Assembly (NCBI GenBank): GCA_963771075.1
Contig: CAVYSE010000024.1
Coordinates: 96,001-160,000, forward strand
DNA: 64,000 bases
Reading direction: 5' to 3'
DNA from: a candidate division FCPU426 bacterium
GTDB lineage: Bacteria > Oederibacteriota > Muellerivitia > Muellerivitales > Muellerivitaceae
Every line of letters begins with the position of its first letter. Position 1 is the stretch's first letter. This document shows, in pieces, positions 39,000 through 49,901 of this stretch. A program made the position numbers and the translations under genes. The notes beneath the pieces were generated by a model. That model was not told the origin of the DNA. It saw only the letters and a list, made by a program, of their open reading frames with translations, and did no database searches.

Positions 39000-39326
39000 G
39001 CGCTGACTTTTGAAGCGAAATTGGTTTACCCGCCGAAGCCGCCTGTCCGCCGAAGCCTTGGCGAAGGAGGATGGCGAAGGAGGATGGCGTAGGAGGGCCC
39101 AAACAGGAGAACCTTGAGGAAAGATATAATCAGTTTCGGGCAAGTTGATGATGATTATGAATTGGGACCTAAAATGGTGAATGGGAGCCTGACCCTTTTT
39201 TCTCTTTGTATCTTCGAGCTAGCGCTTACGAACTGTGGTTTGCTGACTGGTGTTATATAATCAGTTTCGCGCGAGTTGATATTCGATATTTAGAAAATTA
39301 ATAAATGATGACTGACCCCATTCACA
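38886..39326 (+). repeat. Direct repeat copy 2
   Basis: Matches 36769-37248. Confidence 0.85.
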
Positions 39327-39400
39327 TTCGGATTTGACGGGCGTTCGCCAAGAGGCTTCTAAAGTGTAAAATGTAGGCCTGGCCCCTTTCTTCTTCGACA

Positions 39401-39659
39401 GGGGGGAGATGGGCGGCTATTCTTTACAGCTTGGTAGCCTCGTGTAAACGACACAAGATTGACCCTTACTTTTATCTACGGGATGTTATTAGCCGGGTAA
39501 AAACTCATCCCATGAGTCGGATTCGGGAATTACTGCCCGCCACCTACATGCCCGGCCCCGCTCCGGAAGCGCCGATATTCCAGACTGCCAAGCCCGAGCT
39601 TCCTCAAAAAACGCAAAACATACTTGCCCTTCCATGAAATGGCGTAACCCGACAGTTAC
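39401..39659 (+). mobile_element. IS66-family transposase 3' remnant
   Basis: AAILYSLVASCKRHKIDPYFYLRDVISRV..HP..RI.ELLP is the IS66 TnpC C-terminal pattern; TTAC at 39656-39659 is compatible with an IS66 end. Confidence 0.75.
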
Positions 39660-39749
39660 ATTTATCGAAGCATGACATGTGTCATACAGGGAAAATGTTT
39701 TCCTTCCTATTATTAAAACATTGTTTATTTTTTTGGGAGGAGGCTTTTT

Positions 39750-40970
39750 GTGAAAACTGCACACGTCGTTTTGGCTTTATTCTTGATAGGCACCCTCACT
39801 GCACTCTTCAACATCACCGGTTGCGGCAGCCCCACATCACCCGCTCCAACGCCAACCCCTGCGCCCACGAATACTCCATGCGGTTTTCCGGGCAATACCT
39901 GCACACCGACCTTTACCAGTACCTACACCTTCACCGGCACCTACACCATGACCTTTACCGCGACCAACACGCCGACTGTCACCAACACGAAAACCCTCAC
40001 CTTCTCGCCGACCATCACCAACACGCCGACGAACACCAATACGCCGACCTTCACGACGTCGCCCACCGATACCTGGACCCCCAGCAACACTCCCACCATC
40101 ACGATGACCGCGACCATCACCAACACCCCCACCAACACTCTTTCGCCGACGATCACGAATACGCCTACGAATACGCCTCTGGTGACCAATACCTTCACCT
40201 CGACCAATACCGTTTGCGCTACCAATACAAACACTCCGACCCCGGGAACGAACGGGATCTCCTTTGCGGGCACGGCCAGCTGGACCGGGACCGGTTCGGT
40301 GAGCAGCAGCTATCCGATCTTCATCAACGCTTTCGTTCAGAATGCCGGGGACAGCGCGTTACATGCCCAAGTCACCACCAGCGGGGGGCCCTATACGATC
40401 GTCGGATTGGCATCGAGCACGACCTATACCCTGGTGGCCTACTATGGTAATTCCAGTACTTATAGTTGGCCGCCTCCGGCCGGGGTCTATGCCGCCCTCT
40501 ATGGGACGTCCACCTGTAATGTCGCCAACTCCACTCAAGAACCCTCTTCCGGTTCCGTCGTTGGATTGAACTTCTCTTTTGGGAACTCCAACCAGATCAG
40601 CGCCTTCTCGGGGGCCGTCAACTACTCGGGAAGTATGGGAACGGTGGATCAGTGCCACCAGATCTATATCCTGCAGTTCCCGGCGGGCACAGGTATTTCG
40701 GCTATCAAGTCGGGCGCCACTTGGAACAATGACACTCATCTCAATCATAACGGCAACACCTTCGACATGGTGTCGAAGGATGCAACCAACAGTGTTTGCA
40801 ATACCCAGACGGCGGACCTGCTGATCTTCTATGACGCGGCTGGAACGGGGAGCAGTAGCCCCCAAACGGGTGATCCCTATACCTTACTCGGCAGCGCGTC
40901 CTCCGGCACCTCCGCGACGACCGATAGCGCGTCTTTTGACGACACCAACATCTATTCCAGTTTTCTCTAA
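39750..40970 (+). CDS. Thr/Pro-rich surface lipoprotein
   Basis: ITGC lipobox; long TPTNT linker; Ser/Gly/Tyr-rich beta domain. Confidence 0.78.
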   Translation: MKTAHVVLALFLIGTLTALFNITGCGSPTSPAPTPTPAPTNTPCGFPGNTCTPTFTSTYTFTGTYTMTFTATNTPTVTNTKTLTFSPTITNTPTNTNTPTFTTSPTDTWTPSNTPTITMTATITNTPTNTLSPTITNTPTNTPLVTNTFTSTNTVCATNTNTPTPGTNGISFAGTASWTGTGSVSSSYPIFINAFVQNAGDSALHAQVTTSGGPYTIVGLASSTTYTLVAYYGNSSTYSWPPPAGVYAALYGTSTCNVANSTQEPSSGSVVGLNFSFGNSNQISAFSGAVNYSGSMGTVDQCHQIYILQFPAGTGISAIKSGATWNNDTHLNHNGNTFDMVSKDATNSVCNTQTADLLIFYDAAGTGSSSPQTGDPYTLLGSASSGTSATTDSASFDDTNIYSSFL

Positions 40971-41150
40971 TGGAAAGCGCTTTTAAGTTCGTTTACCCTG
41001 TTCTTAAGGCGATCGAAACCGTCAAAAGCTCTCATCACGGACTTTATAATACCCGCAATGACCTCTCAGGGGGATAAGGCGGCAAAACCGGTAATTTCAG
41101 GGGTTACAACTTAGAACCTATAACAAAACCCCAAGGCAAAGGCAATTTTC

Positions 41151-41252
41151 ACCGCCAAGACGCCAAGGAGGCCTAAAGCCAAGCCTTTGATTTTAAGGAT
41201 TTTCCAACTTATTGTTTTTTGTCGTTCTTGGCGAACTTGGCGTCTTGGCGGT
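41151..41252. repeat. Inverted repeat element
   Basis: ACCGCCAAGACGCCAAG ... CTTGGCGTCTTGGCGGT. Confidence 0.7.
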
Positions 41253-41285
41253 TAAACAGGTTTTGTTAGAGCTTATTAATAAGAA

Positions 41286-43257
41286 CTACCGCGTCACCAC
41301 GATCTTGAGGTCCTGGTGGCCGATCAGCCCGCCCTGGGCGTTGTGGGCTTCCACAATCGCGAAATAGATTCCGCTCGCCACTCCCGACGCGTCCCATGAA
41401 GCCGTGTTGGCTCCCGACGCGCCTGCCACGTTTCGCTTCACCAACTCGCCCGCCGCGTCATACACCCGGTATACCAGCGTCAGGCTCTGGGCCGAGTCCG
41501 AGATGAACTGGACGTTATACCCTGTCGTTGGATTCATCAGGTTCGGCCTCGCGGTGATGTTCCCCATCCCCGCGTTCGCCGTATCCGACATCACCATCAC
41601 GTGCGCCGTCAAGATCGTCTCCCCGCCCTGCCCGTCCTGCGCCGAAACCTCGATGTAATACTGGCCCGACGCTACCACGGCTCCATTATCGCCTGTTCCG
41701 TCCCAAATGATCGTCGTCCCGTTGTTGAGCGAAATCGTCAATTGAGTGGGTACGTTCCCCGTCACCGGCCCGCTGGTCGGCTCGATACCGGTCGCCGACA
41801 ACTGCAGTTGGGTTGTGTTGGTCGGTCCCGGGTTGCTCGTGTAGGTGTACAGGTTCTTCACCACTTCCCCCGCTTCGTTGTAGATCTTCACCGCCACCTT
41901 GTACACCGACCGGTTCACCACAATCGGCTGGGTCACGCTCGTGTCCGCCCCCATGTTGCTCACGCTGTCGATCTTCACGTAATACTGCCCGTTCCCCACC
42001 GGGTTCCCCGCCGTATCCAGCCCATTCCAGGTCCCGATCGGGGTTCCCAGGTACTCGATCGTCGTCGTGCTCCCGGGCCCGCTCACCGCCGTGATCGCCC
42101 CGGAGTTCAGGGTGAAACTGTTGATCGCCTGCGAATATTGGCTCACCGGCAGCGACTCCACCAACTCGCCCGCCTCGTTGTAGACCCCGATCTTCACCGT
42201 GTACTGCCCTGTCGTCAGCACGTTCACGCAGGCCGTGGCGGATCCGCCCGTGAAACTGGCCGTCGCGCAATTCACGATCGTCAGCCCTCCCGCCACCAGG
42301 TTGTTTACCGTCGCCTGGTAGGTCATTGTGTACACTCCCGGGGACAGGGGCGACGGCATTTGCCAGCTCATGATCGAGGTTCCCGCGTTGTAGCTCGTGG
42401 ACGTACCGCCCGGCGCGGTCCCGAAAGACGAGAAGGTCAGGTTGGTCGGCAGTTGGTCCGTCACCACCATGTTCATCACGTTGTAGTTCGAGACGTTCAA
42501 GGTCAGGGTATAGAGCAAGGTGGATCCCGGGCTGGTCACCGAAGTGGATACCTGCTTGGTCAACTGTACAAAGCCCAGGGGGGTCGCGGTGGCGGTCGTG
42601 GTGAAGGTGGGGGTGGCGGTCGCCGTCGGGGTCACCGTCGGCGTATGGGTATTCGTGGGGGTCATCGTATAGGTCGGGGTCGAGGTGTAAGTCTTGGTGG
42701 AAGTCGATGTGGACGTGTCCGTGGGTGTCCCCGTATCGGTCGCCGTATGGGTCGAGGTGGGCGTGTTCGTCGCCGTCCAGGTATCGGACGCGGTCGCCGT
42801 ATCGGTGGCCGTGTTGGTCGCCGTAGGCGTGTTCGTAGCGGTAAAGGTGTTGGTTTCCGTCGGAGTATAGGTTGCGGTGTAGGTGAAAGGTGGCGTTGCC
42901 GTAAAGGTCGGGCTGTTGGTTGGGGTCAAGGTATTGGTCGAAGTGGGTGTGTTGGTAGCCGTATAGGTATTGGGATGGATTTCGCAGGAGGGAGTGTCGG
43001 TGAAAAAGGGGGTAAAAGATGAAGTTGGAGTCGGTGTTCCGCTGGGAGTCAAGGTATCGGTCGGGGAGTTCGTCCTGGTTGGGGAGAGGGAAGGGGCCTT
43101 GGTGAGTGTCGGGGTCGAGGTCATGGTAGGCGTGGCCGTAAAAGCGCTCATAGGAGGCGAAGTAGGAGTAAAGGTGAATGTGGGCGTAGCCGAAGGCGTA
43201 TAAGTCGCTGAATAAGCGGGAGTCATCGTCAGCGTGCTGGTTGGTGTGGAGGAACAA
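41286..43257 (-). pseudogene. 5'-truncated Thr-rich surface protein with DUF11-like and FlgD Ig-like domains
   Basis: TPT repeats; LTKQVS...PGSTLLYTL...[15 protein letters not shown] and WDG..G..VASGQY repeats. No signal peptide; the reading frame runs into the duplication edge at 43258. Confidence 0.72.
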
Positions 43258-43517
43258 GTAACCAAGGGGTCTGGCCTACACATTACACGTTAGGTTATAT
43301 CACCCCACAAAACCAATTTCTTTTTGGGTTGTCCGGTTTACGATCACCCGTGTTTGGTTTCACTACAATCATCCTAATTCCCAATTGGAATTTGGACTAC
43401 CAAGGCTTGTCCCTCACCTTGAAAGTTCGGGACAGGTGGCTTTTTCATTTACAGCATCCAACCTCAAGCGCAAACTGAAGTGGTAAGAAGAACCTTTTTG
43501 AAGAAAGGAAAATTCTT

Positions 43518-43748
43518 ATGCGCAAATGGTCAAAGGGTGATATCCGATTCACCCTGCAACTCATGGACATGAAGTCCATTGACCTTTCGGAAGATTACAT
43601 CCGCAAATGCGACCCCGACCTATACAAAGCGGCCTGTTCCAAAAGACGCTTTGGCAGTTGGCGCGCTGCCCTCATCGCATCCGGAATCGATTACGAAAAT
43701 GACCTGCTCTTCCGCGTCCCGCCCGAAAATCGGCTTTCAACTCCTTAA
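43518..43748 (+). CDS. Small protein with FGSW..AL..G repeat unit (copy 1)
   Basis: AAAGGA RBS; LYKAA...RFGSWRAALIASGIDY. Confidence 0.6.
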   Translation: MRKWSKGDIRFTLQLMDMKSIDLSEDYIRKCDPDLYKAACSKRRFGSWRAALIASGIDYENDLLFRVPPENRLSTP

Positions 43749-43839
43749 GTAGGTAATACCCAATCAATTAGGTAATGAATTAGGTAATGTGATAAACTTT
43801 ACAAGATTGGTTCGAACCCCCCATTCACAAGGAACAGCG

Positions 43840-44238
43840 ATGCTGACTATCAAACGTTTTTCATCCGAAGCCCACTCCATACCCGCCCTGACTTCCTGGT
43901 ATTTATCCGACCTGGGCGAGGCCAAGGGAAGACAGGAGCTATTCACCAAACAATCCCCACAAAAGTTAAAGGTTTTGAGGGAGCACGCCATCATTGAAAG
44001 TTCGGTTTCCTCCAACCGGATCGAGGGCGTTCAAATTGAGCAAAAGCGGGTGGCTACGGTTGTTTTTGGGAAATCCCTTTTGAAAGACCGGGGCGAGGAG
44101 GAAGTTCGCGGCTACAGGCAGGCATTGAAGTGGATCCATGAGGAGGGGAAGGATATTCCCCTGTCGGAAAAAACGATCCTGAAACTTCACAAGTTGACCC
44201 GCGGGGAAATATGGGACGCGGGCAAGTACAAGGAAAAG
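43840..44238 (+). pseudogene. 3'-truncated Fic gene copy
   Basis: Identical to the Fic N-terminus up to GKYKEK; lacks the HPFxDGNGR motif. Confidence 0.85.
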
Positions 44239-44499
44239 CGTAACCAAGGGGTCTGGCCTACACATTACACGTTAGGTTATATCACCCCACAAAACCAATT
44301 TCTTTTTGGGTTGTCCGGTTTACGATCACCCGTGTTTGGTTTCACTACAATCATCCTAATTCCCAATTGGAATTTGGACTACCAAGGCTTGTCCCTCACC
44401 TTGAAAGTTCGGGACAGGTGGCTTTTTCATTTACAGCCTCCAACCTCAAGCGCAAACTGAAGTGGTAAGAAGAACCTTTTTGAAGAAAGGAAAATTCTT

Positions 44500-44730
44500 A
44501 TGCGCAAATGGTCAAAGGGTGATATCCGATTCACCCTGCAACTCATGGACATGAAGTCCATTGACCTTTCGGAAGATTACATCCGCAAATGCGACCCCGA
44601 CCTATACAAAGCGGCCTGTTCCAAAAGACGCTTTGGCAGTTGGCGCGCTGCCCTCATCGCATCCGGAATTGATTACGAAAATGACCTGCTCTTCCGCGTC
44701 CCGCCCGAAAATCGGCTTTCAACTCCTTAA
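44500..44730 (+). CDS. Small protein with FGSW..AL..G repeat unit (copy 2)
   Basis: Identical protein to 43518-43748. Confidence 0.6.
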   Translation: MRKWSKGDIRFTLQLMDMKSIDLSEDYIRKCDPDLYKAACSKRRFGSWRAALIASGIDYENDLLFRVPPENRLSTP

Positions 44731-44821
44731 GTAGGTAATACCCAATCAATTAGGTAATGAATTAGGTAATGTGATAAACTTTACAAGATTGGTTCGAACC
44801 CCCCATTCACAAGGAACAGCG

Positions 44822-45868
44822 ATGCTGACTATCAAACGTTTTTCATCCGAAGCCCACTCCATACCCGCCCTGACTTCCTGGTATTTATCCGACCTGGGCG
44901 AGGCCAAGGGAAGACAGGAGCTATTCACCAAACAATCCCCACAAAAGTTAAAGGTTTTGAGGGAGCACGCCATCATTGAAAGTTCGGTTTCCTCCAACCG
45001 GATCGAGGGCGTTCAAATTGAGCAAAAGCGGGTGGCTACGGTTGTTTTTGGGAAATCCCTTTTGAAAGACCGGGGCGAGGAGGAAGTTCGCGGCTACAGG
45101 CAGGCATTGAAGTGGATCCATGAGGAGGGGAAGGATATTCCCCTGTCGGAAAAAACGATCCTGAAACTTCACAAGTTGACCCGCGGGGAAATATGGGACG
45201 CGGGCAAGTACAAGGAAAAGGACGGGGATATCATCGAGAAATACCCGGACGGCCGCCAGCGGTTGAGGTTCAAAACCGTGCCCGCCAAGGAAACCCCCGG
45301 CGTCATGAAAGACCTCCTTGGGCTTCACAAGGCTTGCGCCAGGGAAAGATGGGTCCAGCCCCTGGTCGCCACCGCTGTTTTCAACCTTGATTTTCTTTGC
45401 GTTCATCCCTTCCGGGACGGCAATGGCCGGGTTTCACGGCTGCTCTTACTGCTCCAGTGCCATCAACTCGGGTACGAAGTGGGGCGGTTTATCAGTTTGG
45501 AAAGGCTTATTGAGGAGAACAAAGACCGATATTACGAAACTTTGGAAGAAAGTTCCAAAGGCTGGCACGGGGACCAACAGGACCCCTGGCCTTACGTGAA
45601 CTACCTGCTTTTTATCCTGAAAACCGCTTACAAAGAATTGGAGGCCCGGGTGGGCGTCACCGCGACCCCCAAGGGCGGAAAGACGGACCAGGTTTTGGCG
45701 GCGATCGCCAAGGCGGGCGGGGTTTTCCGGGTTTCGGATCTTCAAAGGGAATGCCCGGGAGTGGGGGTGGACATGATCCGGAAGGTATTGAAAGACTTGA
45801 AAGCCTCCGGCCGCGTGGTGTGCCTGAGCCGGGGCCAGAATGCCCAATGGAAAGAAATCCGCAAGTAG
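44822..45868 (+). CDS. Fic family protein with C-terminal wHTH
   Basis: HPFRDGNGRVSR catalytic motif; SSNRIEG inhibitory helix. Confidence 0.9.
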   Translation: MLTIKRFSSEAHSIPALTSWYLSDLGEAKGRQELFTKQSPQKLKVLREHAIIESSVSSNRIEGVQIEQKRVATVVFGKSLLKDRGEEEVRGYRQALKWIHEEGKDIPLSEKTILKLHKLTRGEIWDAGKYKEKDGDIIEKYPDGRQRLRFKTVPAKETPGVMKDLLGLHKACARERWVQPLVATAVFNLDFLCVHPFRDGNGRVSRLLLLLQCHQLGYEVGRFISLERLIEENKDRYYETLEESSKGWHGDQQDPWPYVNYLLFILKTAYKELEARVGVTATPKGGKTDQVLAAIAKAGGVFRVSDLQRECPGVGVDMIRKVLKDLKASGRVVCLSRGQNAQWKEIRK

Positions 45869-45898
45869 AAAAAAAGGGGCCGGGTTGGTCCTTCCCGG

Positions 45899-46086
45899 CT
45901 AGAAATTTCCTTCCTCCAAAAAGATACCCCGCCATTGGTCCAGGCGTTTGACGCCGGCGGTATCCAGGGTCTTTTTCACCTCTTGGGAATCCATGGCATC
46001 GGCGGCGGTTAGGAGTTCCGGCACCTCCCGCGCCAGGATCACCTCCCCGGGGCGGCCGGCCATGCGGTAGAGGGTACCCTCGTAAA
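45899..46086 (-). pseudogene. 3' remnant of an unidentified gene
   Basis: GC-rich coding-like frame (..YEGTLYRMAGRPGEVILAREVPELL...GNF*) whose 5' side stops at the motif at 46087. Confidence 0.4.
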
Positions 46087-46412
46087 AAGGGGCCAGGCCA
46101 ACATTCAACACATTAGGTTGATCGCCCTTAATCCATCCGATATTCCTGTCCCTTGATCCCCCCTGTTTTTTATGTCCCCCTTTTCCAACCCGCTTTATAC
46201 TTTTGGGGCTGACCCATATAAAAGAACCAATAGGCCTACATATTACACGTTAGGAAATGCCTCCCTAATAACGCCCCTTCTCCGATATCACATGCCTCAC
46301 TCCACCCTGAACATCAGCTGGCAGCTCGCAGTTGGCAGTCGACAGTGAACCAACTGCTATTGGCTACCCATTCAACCAAGCTCAGGGTCTTGACGGTACG
46401 GGGAAGATTCAT

Positions 46413-46438
46413 TAATGTAATTACATAGTAATTACATT
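46413..46438. promoter_or_regulatory. Palindromic TA operator
   Basis: AATGTAATTACAT-A-GTAATTACATT upstream of the AbrB/MazE gene. Confidence 0.6.
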
Positions 46439-46462
46439 CCAAAGACTCTTCGAGGTGAGGTT

Positions 46463-46714
46463 ATGCGGTCCCAGATCATTCAAATCGGCAATTCCAAGGG
46501 TATTCGCATCCCCCGGCCCCTATTGGAACAATGCCAGCTGGAAGACGAGGTGGAGCTGGAAGCCCAGCCGGGTCAGCTGGTGGTTCGGCCCGTGGGCGGA
46601 CCCCGGCATGGATGGGCCGCGGCCTTTGAGAAGATGGCCCAGTACGGCGATGACGAGCTTTTGGACGGGGGCGGTCCCGAGACCCAATGGTCCAGGAAGG
46701 ACTGGAAATGGTGA
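46463..46714 (+). CDS. mazE: AbrB/MazE-family antitoxin
   Basis: IGNSKGIRIP; acidic W-rich tail. Confidence 0.88.
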   Translation: MRSQIIQIGNSKGIRIPRPLLEQCQLEDEVELEAQPGQLVVRPVGGPRHGWAAAFEKMAQYGDDELLDGGGPETQWSRKDWKW

Positions 46715-47031
46715 TCTCACGCTTTGAGGTGCATTTAGTCCGTCTGGACCCGACCGAGGGAAGCGAGATCAAAAAGACACGGCCTTGCTTGGTGATATCC
46801 CCCGACGACATGAACCAATTTATCCGCACCGTGATCGTGGCCCCCATGACCAGAAGGGAAAAAGATTATCCCACCCGTGTTCCGGTCGAGTTCCAAGGGA
46901 AGCACGGACAGATCGTCCTGGACCAGATCCGCACGGTGGATAAGACCCGGCTCGTGAAAAAGCTTGGAAAGATCGGTGACGCCACATCGGAAAAGGTCCT
47001 GAGGCTCCTGGCGGAAATGTTTGCTCCCTAA
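46708..47031 (+). CDS. mazF: PemK/MazF-family toxin
   Basis: LDPTEGSEIKKTRPCLVISP, LDQIRTVDK.RL. Confidence 0.9.
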   Translation: MVISRFEVHLVRLDPTEGSEIKKTRPCLVISPDDMNQFIRTVIVAPMTRREKDYPTRVPVEFQGKHGQIVLDQIRTVDKTRLVKKLGKIGDATSEKVLRLLAEMFAP

Positions 47032-47066
47032 AAGCCCCTTGTTACCAATTTCGTAGGGATTCCCGA

Positions 47067-47420
47067 TTTAATTGGCAACAAGAAATACACCCTTCAAAAG
47101 ACCCTTTAAAACGATGGTCGCCCAGCGACTGTTAAAAATAAGGGGTTTTTGATTGGTTAGTTATGGAACTATTAGACCCATTTAAATAAGGGATTTAATT
47201 AGTAGTAATACTACTAATTCAAATAAGGGAATTTGGCACCTTCTGGGAAAAGCCTGGGCTTGCTGCCAATTTTGAGAATCAGTTCGCAGTCGGCAGTCCA
47301 CAGTCGGCAGGGAAGACCAAAAAGCCAGCTGACAGCCCGTAGTTCGCAGCCGACAAGGACAGGCTAAACAGACCTCGTTGCCAATTTTGTCCTCAGTAGG
47401 GATTTAATTGGCAACAAGAA
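47067..47420 (+). repeat. ~354-bp non-coding repeat, copy 1
   Basis: Matches 54438-54790; bounded by TTTAATTGGCAACAAGAA at both ends. Confidence 0.85.
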
Positions 47421-47633
47421 CCGATTAATTATAAAAAAACCAATGATTAGTGTGGCCGTATTACGGCCACTTAAAATAAGGGGATTTGGCACTTGTTCGG
47501 TCTTGCCGGGGCTTACTGCCAATTAATACCAGCGGCTGGTAAAAATTGGCAACAACGGCCTTTCTGATTTAGGTTATATACACCAAAAACCGAATTTTGG
47601 AAAATAACCATCATTTTTGGCCGGAGGTATCCA

Positions 47634-48209
47634 ATGGTTGAATCACCTATGAGGGGTTTTCTGAAGAGTATCTTTGGCCTAGCCAAGGATGAACCCCCCC
47701 AGGACCAGCCAACCACCCCGCCTGCCGCCGAGGACATCCAAGCCCAGCAGGCCCCATCCCTCCCACTACGCCCTTCTCCCGTCGCTAAAGCTCCTGCCTA
47801 CGCTGAAACTTTGGCAGGCACGTTGGGAGACAAGCCAGGCTCCGAGGGACAGGCAGTCCGTACCCCCACCCTAACCGAAGCCTACCTCAACAGGAAAAAG
47901 GGCAGGAAACGGCATAGGGACAGCCTGGATGATCTCAAGAGAATCGTGGCTTGCATCGAGAGTCGCGGGGAAGTGACCCCCGGCGATCTGGCCCTGGAAC
48001 TGGGAATGTCCCGCAGCACCCTGACCTATAACCTAAAACGGCTTTTATCCGTGTCGCCGAATGCTGATCCATATGCCGTGGGCTACTGGCAATGCAGGGC
48101 GCTTCAATGGACCCTGGGGGGGAAGTACCTCGTCAAGACCGGCGCTGGTAAACATGTGAAGTACCGGCTGGAGGTGCTCCCGAACCCCATTTCACCGAAG
48201 GAATCCTAG
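47634..48209 (+). CDS. Protein with Pro-rich N-terminus and C-terminal winged HTH
   Basis: GGAGG RBS; VTPGDLALELGMSRSTLTYNLKRL...KTGAGKHVKY. Confidence 0.7.
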   Translation: MVESPMRGFLKSIFGLAKDEPPQDQPTTPPAAEDIQAQQAPSLPLRPSPVAKAPAYAETLAGTLGDKPGSEGQAVRTPTLTEAYLNRKKGRKRHRDSLDDLKRIVACIESRGEVTPGDLALELGMSRSTLTYNLKRLLSVSPNADPYAVGYWQCRALQWTLGGKYLVKTGAGKHVKYRLEVLPNPISPKES

Positions 48210-48599
48210 CAGGGGTAGTGGGGGACTTTCCTTTTGATCCCCCCGGTTTTTTTTACGGCCCCCTTCTCCCACCCGCTTTATACTTTTGGGGTCCTGCCAA
48301 ATTAATGGAAGTGATTCATTTTGAATAATTCCCCGCTTCCCCCATGCTTCTATTGGGAAAAAGGATAGGGGGCATGGGGACGTCCCCATTTTCATTTCGT
48401 ATGTATTCAAATGAAAAAATGGGGGTGAAAAAGGGGCCTTTCGGTTTTGTGGGTACATAGGGGTTTTACCCTATGAGCGCCGTTGGGAGGGGGGTATTAG
48501 ACTTTAACGACAAGGCTAACTCCCCCTTAATCCCCCTCTTTCAGAGGGGGAAAAAGAAGGCCCACCATCAAACTGATCCACTACTAAATTACTATAGGG

Positions 48600-49304
48600 G
48601 TGACCAATATGTTCCTATTGCCCATGAACACGGATATTACGAAGGAACAGCGCAATTTTTTCAGGCTGGTCTATACCTGGATGTTCTTCGGGCTGGCCCT
48701 TTCGGGGGTCACGGCGGTTTTCACGGCCTTTAACCCGGACATGGCCCAGGGCATCCTGGGCGACAGGCTGGTTTTCGACGGGCTTTTGGTCGCCGAGATC
48801 GTGCTGGTGGTCGTGCTGGCGGCGAACATGAAAAAGCTCCCCGTGGGCTGGGCGGTCGCGCTGTTTCTCCTCTATTGCGTCACTTCCGGGCTGACCCTGT
48901 CGGTGATTTTCTTCGTTTACGCCCTCAACTCGATCATCAGCCTCTTCTTCGTGACCTCCCTGGTCTTTTTCCTGATGTCGCTTTACGGCTTTTTCACCGA
49001 CCACGACCTGACCAGCTGGGGGCATGTGCTGTTGTTCGGCCTTTTGGGCATCATCCTGGTTTCCCTGGTCAATCTATTCCTCAACAGCACGGCGGTGGAA
49101 TGGGCGGTGAACGTGGCGGGGGTCTTGATCTTCACCGGGCTGATCGCCTACGACACCCAGAAGCTGAAAGCACTCGATGAGGCGGGCACGGTGGAGGGAA
49201 GCGATGAGGAAATCAAGCTTTCCATCTACGGGGCGCTGGACTTGTACCTGGACTTCATCAACCTGTTCCTGAAGCTTTTGGCCCTCTTCGGAAAACGGCG
49301 CTAG
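48600..49304 (+). CDS. Bax inhibitor-1/YccA family membrane protein
   Basis: VY.WM..GL, AYDTQKLK, GAL.LYLDFINLFL. Confidence 0.9.
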   Translation: MTNMFLLPMNTDITKEQRNFFRLVYTWMFFGLALSGVTAVFTAFNPDMAQGILGDRLVFDGLLVAEIVLVVVLAANMKKLPVGWAVALFLLYCVTSGLTLSVIFFVYALNSIISLFFVTSLVFFLMSLYGFFTDHDLTSWGHVLLFGLLGIILVSLVNLFLNSTAVEWAVNVAGVLIFTGLIAYDTQKLKALDEAGTVEGSDEEIKLSIYGALDLYLDFINLFLKLLALFGKRR

Positions 49305-49588
49305 GAAAAACACCAGTCGGCCCCAATTGCCCATAGCAATTGGCCGGGGAATTCGCCCGTCACAACAAATGGTTAATGGAATGGCATTTAAACAACCATT
49401 TGTTAGGAATCACCAAACCACGCATCGAAACTTGTGGTTTCGATGCAGGAGACAGTTCGCAGTCCGCAGTTGGCAGTCGACAGTGAACCAACAGCTGTTG
49501 GCCATTGGCTTTTAGCAACGACAGGAAAGATCTCCTAATAAGCACCTTGGCTCGTTTCTCGTCTTGAAGACTCGAAACAGGTATTAGC

Positions 49589-49692
49589 CCTACCGTTGAA
49601 CCCGCATTTGTGCCAACATTGAAACCCTCTACAGATGAATCCTTCTCCAAAATCCACTCTCTCCGCTTGGCCAGCAAATCGTTCGCGGCATC
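49589..49692 (-). pseudogene. HIT-family internal fragment
   Basis: DAANDLLAKRREWILEKDSSVEGFNVGTNAG; duplicates part of 50702-51025. Confidence 0.65.
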
Positions 49693-49901
49693 AACGGCCT
49701 TTATGCCGTTGATACAACCAAACCTTACAACTCACCTGGAAGGTTCGTTGTAGGTTCAGTCTCTTGACAGGTTTGCCAATCGCTTTATGGCGATTGGCAC
49801 TACCAATACCGTCAATCGACTTGGGGTCTCTTGACAGGTGGTCCCCTCCGGGTATCATTATAGTCAGACTAGTCAGAAATATTCCTTTGGGAGGCAACCC
49901 C

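Larger units (their letters stand above)
43258..45220 (+). repeat. Tandem duplication of 981 bp (43258-44238 and 44240-45220)
   Basis: Near-identical copies 982 bp apart; at least two substitutions seen (cagcAtcca/cagcCtcca; ggaatCgat/ggaatTgat). Confidence 0.92.

Noticed and set aside
41601..43257. Long alternative-frame ORFs (473 aa +, 523 aa -), and similar shadows at 30112-31122, 56989-57915 and 58629-59792
   Set aside because: Shadow frames of GC-rich or low-complexity real genes with no independent motifs.
43789..44460. 223-aa novel protein
   Set aside because: Chimera of the Fic N-terminus and non-coding DNA created by the duplication junction.
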